Positions 12,132-21,874 of a DNA stretch of 37,401 nt are shown here, one piece after another. A program made the translations under genes and the position numbers. Position 1 is the stretch's first letter. Each line of letters begins with the position of its first letter. This stretch comes from Toensbergia leucococca. Lineage: Eukaryota. The stretch spans positions 1 through 37,401 of the forward strand of contig JALDZS010000214.1 of assembly GCA_022813965.1 (NCBI GenBank), in the 5' to 3' direction. The notes under the pieces were generated by a model. It saw nothing but the letters and a program-made list of their open reading frames with translations, was not told the DNA's origin and did no database searches.

Positions 12132-12328
12132 GTGATGTGAGCATCATAAGCCATGTATTGGGGGAAAAGACCTGCTCTCTCCAGGCTAATTATCCAGCCC
12201 CGCCAATGAAACCCCAAAAGCGATTTCGCATCACACCCTCGGCGCAAGTAAAAGGGAAAAATGTATCATAGGCTCAAGATCGGCTTCGCTGCCATTCGGA
12301 CTAGCTCCGAATGCCCAGCAACGTATGC

Positions 12329-14085
12329 CTAAGAATTATCCCGAGGTCTAGGCAGGCAACTCTTTTCATGGTTGAGCCGATACGCGTCTCGAAGGTAGTA
12401 CTTACCACACCTGCTGCAGGAATATCGTTTACGCTTTTTGGTTTTGGTATGTTGCTCAGTTTCGTGCCTTTTGCGATTAGAGCACGCCGACTGCCCTGTG
12501 AATCTTGTGCCGCATTTCGAGCAAGTGAGAATTTCAGACGTGGACTCTGACGTCGAAAAGACATTCTTTGGCTGTGATGGGTTAATCTCAAAGGCCTGGC
12601 TCGAGATTGGAACTTCGAAAGGTTTGCGTCCCGATGCCATTTCTTTTGACACAAATATTGGGTAATCACCAGATCCACTAATTCATTTAGCACTTTTCAA
12701 CCGCATGTCATGATAGAGTTGCCCACTTACCGAAAGCCCAAGTAAGGTGTACCTGAATAGGCGGCAGGGCTAGTTGGAGTCGTCATATTTGTGGGACGGT
12801 TGAAAGACCATGAGGGGTCGCTCAAACTCTCCCATGATTCTGCTGAAGATGGTGACGAATTCAATGAGAGGCCTTCCGTATACTTAGCGTGAGCTTGATT
12901 GAGTCTTTCTGGTCGGACCACGGACGGATGCACCGTATTTGACAAACTCGCACTAATATGCCTTTTGTCTCCAACAATAAAAGGGTCATTCCCAGAGATA
13001 TCATTGCCATGATGAGGATCAATAGATCGAACTGGATTTGACAGTTCATAACTTTGAATGCCAGATTGTGGTGATTGTGCGAAGCCGATCGAAGGCGATT
13101 GGAGCGCCGAGCCAACGGGTGCTGATTGGACGTCTGGCCCATCATACAAAAGCGGTGTAGAGTCAGGCGATTGCTGAATCGGGCGGCCATCGAGATCCGA
13201 CAGGAAGCCATTGTACCCGGAAGGGCTCGAGTAATTCATTCCGACATTATCCCCCGGCCCAACCCGATTCGTCGGCGTCGATATTGCTGACACTGGCGAA
13301 AGGGGAAATGTTCTGGTCATGCTGGATGGAGTGTATCCAACATGAGATGAAGGAGAAACCAAGTCTGGCCCTAATTCTGGACTTTGCATCTCTGCTCGTA
13401 AAGGGGAGAAGGACTGGTGAGTATGAGATAGACGGCGGTTGGCGTCGAATGTAGAGGTTGGAACGGACTTGGCATCATGGAGGGTTGAGCCATGCATGTG
13501 GGATATTAATCCGCTATCTCGTCTTGGCGTAGACGATTGAACAATCGAGGTTCTCTCAGAATCTGATCGTAATGGACGGCCGTCCAGTTCGAATTGGCGC
13601 GACTCTGCATCCGTGGAACTCAACTCCACTGGCCACTTACCATCCAAAGCGTCATACTTTGTCGCCCATGGCATGACCCTCTCTCTTCCCACCTCATTTG
13701 TGGAATACGTAGCCCTTTGTTCCACATAACCATACTGCGCGCCAGAGGATAAATCGGGACGTAGTGCACCCATGCCGTTATGAGATTGTCGGCGCGATAA
13801 ATCTGCTCGTGAATTATCTGGTAATTCCTGCCTGGGATTTCCTAATACTTCTGACCCCAAAAGTTCTGTTCTTGCTAGCGGTGGGTTGTAGCGATAGCTT
13901 AATTTACGCATTCTTTTGAGGAGAACAAAGATGACTGCGGTCGCAGCAATATTGATTAGAGCAAGAACAGCAGCAACGATACAAGCTATCAAGGAAGCTG
14001 ACAGTTGATGCGAGTGGCTATAGCTGGCGGTGAGTAAGGTGGAGTTTTGAAATTTGTCGAATGGGGTTGTATAATACTCTGACAT
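12329..14085 (-). CDS. Predicted single-pass membrane protein with long Ser/Pro-rich region and two C-terminal C2H2/C2HC zinc fingers (~567 aa)
   Basis: Exon 1 (14085-12731) has the hydrophobic helix LIACIVAAVLALINIAATAVIFVLL followed by KRMRK. Intron 12730-12678 (GTAAGT..GCTAAA..TAG) joins in frame to exon 2 (12677-12329), which has CSKC-x15-HETEQH and YSCSRC-x12-HEKSC. Confidence 0.75.
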
Positions 14086-15448
14086 TCTTTGGGTATTTAT
14101 TGGTTGAGAGTACTCATGGTTGAGGTTTGCGGGGGTCAGTCAGTCCGAATGATAGTCTGGGTGTGCAGAGACTTGTTATTCCCTCAAACAACGTATCAAA
14201 GCTTGAGATTGTGTATTTTGGAGGACAGAAAAGGGTTATCGTTATCATTCGACAGTTAAAGGGTCCCTTACATGTATAGAGGGGCTTTTGACTTTGGATA
14301 CACCCGCTGAAGGCTTTGATTGGATTCGGTAAAAGTGTGACATGTCCTGCTGGATACGTAGACATCAACCACTGTGAAATATACATGACAAAGAAGGGGG
14401 AGAAAAAGTGAGACCTTGCTGGGATCTCATTGGGAACTGGACGATCTAGGAGACCTTTACCCGTTGGCGTGGAGAATAAGGGCGGAGGTGGATGATCAGA
14501 CATGGCCAATGAATCGGCCAAGGATAAGGGTCGTAGTCCAGATGCCGGACATAAAGATAAGGGATAGCATTCAACGAGGCAGCTCGTGTCGGGAGGGTTC
14601 AAGACAGACTGGGATTCGTAAGCAGACGTGGTGCCACATCTCAGAAGAGAGGTCCAGTAGTGTGTGTGGGATCAGCGTGCTAGCGAATGTATGCGAAGTG
14701 AGAGACTTGGATTCAGGAAGAGAGTGATGGAGGCGCGTAGGATTGCATGTTCATGGGGATCAAGGTACGTTTCATCAATATTGGGAATCAGGTAGGACGC
14801 CGTCCCGCATGGTTCGCGGCTCAAATGGCGACCTACAGAGGCCCAAGGCTGAAAGGTCGCGTATCGGTCGTAGCCGATTCGTCGACCGCATCATGCGGGT
14901 ACCAGGCTCACTGCGAGAGGAACAAGGTGATTGGTATTGGGAGGCCTGCCGATTTTCTGGACTTGGACGAGATCAAGGTAGTGATTTTGGGATTTGGGAT
15001 TGATCTGCGGGACGATGTCGCGTCATCAGCCCAAGCCGACAAGTCCACCAAACGCATCATGAATCCGTATCCGATTCAGTCAAGGTATTCCCAAAATGTT
15101 GCAACGATAGAAGCGGACGAATGGAGGACGAAAGGTCGATGATAGGAGTAGGGTCGCTCACTAGAGATATGCAATGGGATGTGAATGACAGCACTGTCTA
15201 GAAGATGCATGGCCAGAGATTCAATTTAGCGGTTCTTTGGGAAGCAGAAATAGAAGAAGATGACATGGATAGAAGGAAAAGCCACGAAAACGTCGGAAAG
15301 ACAGAACAAGGTTGTCGCACTGGCTTTTGATGATTTGACAAATGACCTCACTCATCAACCCGGGAAATGACGAGAACGGCATATTCTAGTGGGGTTGGTG
15401 GGGTTGGTGGGGTAAGGTATCGAGGGTAAGGTAAGGTACTTATTCACC

Positions 15449-15741
15449 TTAGTGAGATTCAGCGTGTATTAATACACAAAGGTTGCGACAACTTCGGCTA
15501 TGGGATCCCCTTCACACACACCACCAAATTATTGAATCCTCTCCACCACCACCACTAGGTATGACTTGAGGCTTCTGTACTAAATTAAACACCAAGAATT
15601 CAGCCAATTGACCTACACCGAAGTCTCAAGTCATACCTAGTGGTGGTGGTGGTGAAGAGGATTCAATAATTTGGTGGTGTGTGTGCGGGGGATCCCATAG
15701 CCGAAGTTGTCGCAACCTTTGTGCACACGCTAAATTACTAA
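15449..15741. mobile_element. MITE/foldback-like non-coding element with ~100-125 bp near-perfect inverted arms
   Basis: 15475-15575 is almost exactly the reverse complement of 15620-15723 (cacaaaggttgcgacaacttcggctatgggatcccc..caccactaggtatgacttgag). Looser pairing extends to 15449/15741. The spacer is ~40 bp and there is no ORF. Confidence 0.7.
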
Positions 15742-16211
15742 TTTATAACAAACTACGAAACAAGATAACAAACGTCATTTTATTGATCCTATCTGGTGTA
15801 TCACCATAACAAATGCCAACAATCAATTGGGTCTCAATATTTACTGAAGCAATCTCCAGTGTGTGCTCTCTCGAGGAAGTCATCTCTACATACCAAGTAC
15901 CTCTGTACCGAAAGATAGCTATGGAGCTATTGAAATGCTTGTGCATGGCTCTGCAGCTCTGAAGATTATTAATATCCGTCCATTGTCTTCACCTTGTGGG
16001 TCCAATGCAGTATTGACATGATATGTTATTTCCATTCCACTTACAATCTACTTCCTACCTCATAACAAGAACCTGTGTTTCGTCATCTAGGTCTTTGGTA
16101 GCATACGTAATTTGGTATTTGGTTTTTCGCGTTCGACCGTCTGCTCATTTCCTATCTCATCAAATCATCCTCACTTTATTCTAGTCTCTGTCCCCCCACT
16201 TGAGCCTAGCC

Positions 16212-17751
16212 ATGGCACCTTCAGCAGTGCCTCGGATCGTCCCTGACGACGCCATGATTGGTAACCCTCTCAAAAGCGATAAGACCGTCTCCAAAAATTA
16301 TCTGCTTGACAGAGACCTGAATAAAGCTCCACTCAAAGTCATTAGTGCGTCAGGAAACTATCTGACCCTCGAGAATGGTCGCCAGATCCTCGATGCAACA
16401 GGCGGTGCCGCAGTAGCTTGTCTTGGCCATGGTAATAAAGAAGTCCGTGAAGTAATGTTACGCCAAATGGACGAGGTCAGCTACTGTCATTCGCTATTCT
16501 TTAGTACAAATAGTACGGACGAATTGGCTCGAGAACTCATCAAAGGGACTGGAGATAGGATATCGAAAGCTTTCATTGTCAGCTCTGGTACGTTCGGCAG
16601 ATGAAATAGCCTAGATCTTGCACAGAATAATCATACTACTGTAGGCTCCGAAGCTATGGAAGCAGCCATGAAGCTGGCTCGCCAATACTTCCTCGAGCTT
16701 CCCACCCCAGAACCCGACCGCATCAACTTCATCGCACGCAAGCATTCGTACCACGGTAACTTCAATCCACGCGATCGCCCTACTTCCACTAACCTCCTGC
16801 CAAGGTAATACCCTCGGCGCCCTCTCAATGTCCGGCCACGTCGCCCGCCGCGCTCTCTTCACCCCCCTCCTCCTTCCCACAACCCACCACATCTCTCCCT
16901 GCAACGCCTACCGCCAGCAACTCCCCACCCAATCCACATCCTCCTTCGTCGCCGAAAAAGCTCAAGAACTCGACTCCAAAATCCAAGCCCTAGGCCCCAA
17001 AACCGTCATCGCCTTCGTCTGCGAACCCGTAGTCGGCGCCGCCCTCGGCTGCATCCCCAGCGTACCAGGCTACCTCAAAGCCATGAAAGCCGTCTGTGAC
17101 AAGCACGGCGCACTCTTCATCCTTGATGAGGTCATGTGCGGCATGGGTCGCACGGGCACCTTGCATGCATGGGAAAAAGAAGGCGTAGTTCCAGACATCC
17201 AAACGATCGGCAAAGGACTTGGTGGCGGCTACGCTCCTATCGCAGGAGTCTTGATTGGCGCCAAAGTCGTCGACGCCCTCTCCCGCGGCACCGGCGCCTT
17301 CATGCACGGCCAAACCTACCAAGCTCACCCCCTTTCCTGCGCCGCTGCCTCCGCCGTCCAACGCATCATCCGTGAACAGAACCTCCTCGCCAACGTGCGA
17401 GAGCAGGGTGCTTACCTCGAGCAGCTTCTGCATCTCCATCTCGATTCCCACCCGAATGTTGGTAACATTCGCGGTCGGGGCCTGTTTTGGGGCATCGAGT
17501 TTGTGAGGGATAAGGAGACGAAAGAGCCCTTTGAGCCGAGCTTAGGGGTTGCGAGGAGGGTGCATGAGGTGGGGCTTGGGGAGGGGTTTGGGATTAGTGT
17601 TTATCCTGGTACTGGGAGTGTGGATGGGGTTAGGGGCGATCATGTGATTTTGGCGCCGGCGTATAATGTTGGGAGGGGGGGTGTGGAGAGGATTGTGGGG
17701 TTGATGAGGGGGATTGTTGAGGTAGTTTTTGGGAGGGAGGGGGGGTTGTGA
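16212..17751 (+). CDS. PLP-dependent class III aminotransferase (omega-amino acid/BioA-YodT-like)
   Basis: Exons 16212-16587, 16645-16755 and 16805-17751. Motifs: ILDATGGAAVACLGHG, SSGSEAMEAAMKLARQY, SYHGNTLGALS, FILDEVMCGMGRTG, PLP-lysine PDIQTIGKGLGGG, HGQTYQAHP, NIRGRGLFWGIEFV. Confidence 0.93.
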
Positions 17752-18013
17752 GGGGTGCTTTTTTTCTTTTTTGAGTGAGCGGGTATGCTATGGGTGCCTT
17801 TGTTTTTGGCTTTTGGTATATACACGTTTCTTTTGTCGTGAGCTTCGTTTGTGACTTGCGTGGCATGCACAACCCCCTCTTGACGCTGATATTCGTCCCC
17901 CTTTCCCCCGAATAAACCCCCTTTGACCTTTCAATTCCACCCTGCATCAGAGTTGCGGATCTTGCATCTTGCATCTTAAATCTTAGGATCATAATCACAG
18001 CATACCCCCCCTC

Positions 18014-18090
18014 CCCTTTCAATTCCCACCCCTTTCAATTCCCCCCTTTCAATTCCCCTCCCCTCTCAATCCCCCCCCTTCAATCCCCCT
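18014..18090. repeat. Degenerate tandem repeat of CCC(C)TTTCAATTCC units
   Basis: About five copies of ccc(t/c)ttcaat(t)cc read directly, plus a related copy near 17927-17940. Confidence 0.65.
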
Positions 18091-18501
18091 CCCCCTTTTC
18101 TTTCCTCCCCTCCCCTCTCAACTCCGCTTTTCTTTTCTCTTCTTCCATTCACATTAAACGAGTCCTTTTCTTTTCTTTCCCCACGCATCGTTTCAGGGAC
18201 TGTGGGGGGGTGGGGGGGGTGGGGGTGAGTTGGAATTTGCTTTTGATTTTTTAGGAGGAGTTTGGGGGGGGGTGGGGGTGGGGTGGGTGGGGGTTTTTCT
18301 TTGGGGGTTTGTGGGTGGGAGGGGTGTGTGAGTGCGATTGGTTTTGTGGAGTTGGGGGGGTGGTGGGAGGTTGTGGAGTGTGGAGTGACTTAGTGCGGGG
18401 TGTTGGGTTTGTGGGGTTGCCGGGAAAGCGTCGTTTCTGAGGGAGGAGTTGCCCGGGGTGGGGGGTGGGAGGTTAATGAGAGTGGTAAGGAATAGGATTG
18501 A

Positions 18502-18955
18502 ATAAAAAGGGGTAGAGGGGGAAGGGGGTTGATGATAGCTACACCTAAGGAACCGATAAAAGTGGTTGGGAAAGGGGTGTTGAAAGTCTTGGTGGTGTGT
18601 GAGGCGATTGTAAGGGCGCAGCGGGTGAGGGGGCTTGGGGTGAGGGATGGGGATCTCGCGGTTATTTCGCGCCACTTTTGGTGTGAGCGGGGATGGGGAT
18701 TGGGTTTGGGGGGTGGGTTTGGGGGGTGAGAAGGGATGGATAAAAGAGGGTACAGGGGAGGGTTGGTTTGATGATAGTGACAGGGGAGGAACTGGATGAA
18801 AGTGGTTTGGGATGGGGGTTGTTGAAAGTCTTGGTGATGTGTGAGGGTGATTTTGAGGGCGCGGGCGAGGGAATGGGGATCTCGCGGTTATTTCGCGCCA
18901 CTTTGGCCGGAACGGGGATGGGGATTGGGTTTGGGTTTGGGGGTGGAGAAGGGAA
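18502..18955. repeat. Diverged ~230-bp direct tandem duplication in a G-rich intergenic tract
   Basis: Both copies share blocks in the same order: ataaaa..gggta.agggg, tgatgatag, aaagtggtt, gttgaaagtcttggtg.tgtgtgagg, atggggatctcgcggttatttcgcgccacttt (near 18647 and 18873) and cggggatggggattgggtttggg. Confidence 0.75.
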
Positions 18956-19431
18956 AGCAGGATTTGAGATGCGTGGGGGGAGATCTGAATGGGAAAGGAC
19001 ACGTCTGGACGCGAAGAGATATATCCTAACCCCTCCAAAAAAGTAAAGATTGGGCTGCATCGTCGCCCAGATTTGAAACAGCGTTTTAAGTTCCCGGTGT
19101 CAGAACTCGCGTCCCCGCGTGCGTGCTCAAGAGGGAAACTGAGAGCCCGGACTGAGGATGTTGTGCTAAATGAAAACGGAATGGTCATGGTTGCTGAGGA
19201 AGAGTTTTCTTCCTAATCGGAGCAACAAGAAAAACAAGTCTTTCATGAAACCGACCCTATCCCCTCTCATGATCACGAAAACTCCTGGTTCTGGTATGAG
19301 ACTTCTTTCCTCCCCGACCTCCAAAAAAAATAGAATTCCCTCAACAAACATGATCGATGCCGCACAAACGTCCCCATGACTTGACGTCAGCACACCGAAA
19401 AACCCATTTCTCACTCAGTCACCACGTCTCC

Positions 19432-19797
19432 TCACATGATCGCACAAGCTCCCGCGCCTGCGGGCGCGATTCGGCCCTGGCCGCCCGTGGTGTGGAGGTT
19501 GCGATAACTTAGGTCGAAGTTTGGGGTGCAGGAGCGGTCTTTTTTGGTGGTGGGGTTGGATTTGTTGGGGTTGGTGGGGGGGTTGGCGGTGGGAGGGTGG
19601 GTGGGGAAGGGGGATTTTGGGGAGAGGGATGAGGAGGAGGAGGAAGAGGAGGAGGTGTAGGGGGATTTGGGGCCTGCAGAGGAGAGGTGGTGTTTGGAGT
19701 GGAGGAGGGAGGAGGTGGAGGAGGTGGAGAGGGTGGAGGTGGAGAGGGTGGAGGAGGTGGAAAGGGAGAAGGAGTGGGGTGAGTGGTTGAGGGCCAT
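19432..19797 (-). CDS. Small Ser/Thr/Pro-rich protein (121 aa) with C-terminal CaaX prenylation motif (CAIM)
   Basis: Strong start context (cctcaaaATGG) after a C/A-rich leader. C-ending codons resemble the neighbouring real genes. The C-terminus is not low complexity: KKDRSCTPNFDLSYRNLHTTGGQGRIAPAGAGACAIM-stop. Confidence 0.55.
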   Translation of the reverse strand: MALNHSPHSFSLSTSSTLSTSTLSTSSTSSLLHSKHHLSSAGPKSPYTSSSSSSSSSLSPKSPFPTHPPTANPPTNPNKSNPTTKKDRSCTPNFDLSYRNLHTTGGQGRIAPAGAGACAIM

Positions 19798-20844
19798 TTT
19801 GAGGTTTTTTTTGGGGGGTTTTGGAAATGTTGGGTAGGGTGATAGACTACTCGAGTATTATTAGGATATGATATAACATATTAGAACAAGGTTGGTGTAT
19901 TGGGGCAAGAATGATAGAAGTAGAGGGGGTTCATTACCTCCTCGATGTAGACGTGATACCAGATCACTTGCAGACTCAGAGGTAGTAGGAAAGATGGGCC
20001 AAAAAGTAACTCTTGACGCCAGGAAAACTATCCAAACGACAGCAGCTTCGAACCAGTCGAAGGAAGATAGGAAAGGAAGCTCGTAAGCCTCTTGGGTAAA
20101 GATAATGATAGATAATGATAGATGATACTTGAAGCTGGATTAGTTGTGATGAGTAGGAAGGTGTCGAGGATTGAGGAGGTTGGAAGTGAGGTTAGGATGT
20201 TAAGGAACGTTACGGCTAGTAGATGTAGAGGAAAAAGTTTAAACAAGGGTTTTAGAGTACGAGCCCTAAGATCATGTGGCCTTAGGTATCGTACCACAAG
20301 TAGCCACAAAGGAAGTTGAATAGTGAAGGGGAAAAAGAGTCGAGGTTAAGGGGCAGGATCATGGTAGAGTAGACTGTAGAAGCTAGGGCTTCCAGGAATG
20401 CTGAACGGAGATATCCTCCGTGTGTTAGCTGCAAAAACATTCGTCTTCTCTACCATAATGAAAGCCGACTTGTTTTAATGCCAATAACTAAGTATCGATC
20501 ATCAAATGGGGAGTGTGATATTCTTAGTTCAGATAGAGCAGTAGAAGCGTCTCTCTTGACGTACAGAGCACATGCTGCAAAAATTATGGAAATGGTACAA
20601 GTGACAAAGACAGATACAAGTACAGAGTGGTACTAAGATTGGTGCAATTGACGACGAGTTTACTTTTGATCATTTCGGAACAATGCAAAGAGTCTGCGGC
20701 CAAATAGATAGCGAGATGATGCAAGGAGCTCGGCGTCTTCTCCTCAATGTCAACAAAGGCAAAAGATAAGGTTCAAGAACTTAGGCTTACTTACACAAGT
20801 CATACTGGTTTGTTTGCTGGGGAAAATAGTGCCTTCGTTGATCC

Positions 20845-21219
20845 CTAGATGCCGCCATGTGGCAAATTGATGTTATCTCTAGGATATCCAGTCTGATTCA
20901 CAGCTCTAGAATCTTGAGGGCGACTATTTTCTTGGCCATTGGAGCCTTTCTCTACTGGTCGGCGCCTTTGAGAATTACCATGTTCGTTGCCTGGAATTCT
21001 CGGTTGACTCTGTTTCAACCTCTCCTCAGTCTCACGTAAGCGAGCCTCTATGGCCTCAAGCTCCCGGGTTTGAGATGAGACTGCTTTCTTCCTGAAAGAA
21101 ATTAGTACAGAGCGGACACGGTCCGATATCGGATGTTTGGCTCTTCTTTCTTAGGGCGTTAACAGAACGTACTTCTGCTCGACTGATTGGACTAATCCAT
21201 CTAGATTTCTGTCCGCCAT
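20845..21219 (-). CDS. Small uncharacterised fungal protein (97 aa) with N-terminal coiled coil; not in the ORF track
   Basis: Exon 1 is 21219-21173. Intron 21172-21092 reads GTACGT..ACTAAT..TTTCAG. Exon 2 is 21091-20845. Protein: MADRNLDGLVQSVEQKKKAVSSQTRELEAIEARLRETEERLKQSQPR..NLPHGGI. Confidence 0.75.
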
Positions 21220-21874
21220 GAAAGCATTGTTTAAAGAAGCAGAGAGAGCTCGAGCGGCGGAGTCTCTATTATCGGCAGGCATCATGGCGTTGTGAAGTCT
21301 AGAAAAGTATCAAGCGAAGGTCGCAAAAGTGATCTGATAGTAGGGTAGTATCTACTAAGTAGGTGAAGGTCGTGAAAGGATATTTGGGAACCAGAACAGG
21401 TATTAGACTAGGGAGAGCGGAGTGGGGATTCCAGGACCTTTATGATGTTACACAACTTAGGACAAGTGTTGATGAGGTGATTGGATTGGAATGTGTCAAC
21501 ATCAAGGTACCGAGGTACGTGGTACCGTTGCATCAGCGGCGCGAGCGGCGCCCTAATTCCGTATTCCGATGTGGCGGAAGAAAGCCCAGATCCCGCAACC
21601 TTAAATAGGCGAGATTTTAGCTTGAAATCTTTTTCCAACGTCACTTTGTCGCTCAATTGAAGATGTGTAGAAAGATCTCTACCTCAACAGTATCTCTACT
21701 TAGGACCTCGTGGGCATCCAACCAACTGAGCATACCGCACGAAACCCTTTCGCTTGTTGCGCCTTGCCTCCAATTACCTTCACAGAATTCGGACCACACT
21801 GCAAGATTGGCTGAGGAAGAAGTGACAACTGGGCTCACTCGATTGCGCGACGCCGTACCGGCATAATATGGGTC

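Noticed and set aside
14114..15142. Overlapping 86-162 aa ORFs upstream of the TM-zinc-finger gene
   Set aside because: No recognisable motifs or consistent splice model. Treated as upstream non-coding sequence.
18193..19188. 331-aa Pro-rich minus-strand ORF
   Set aside because: Explained by extreme C-richness suppressing stop codons. The duplicated unit appears in different frames within it, which argues against coding selection.
19900..20450. TA-rich tract with a hydrophobic 93-aa minus ORF, possibly a RIP-degraded element
   Set aside because: No transposase, reverse transcriptase or other recognisable motif, and no terminal repeats found.
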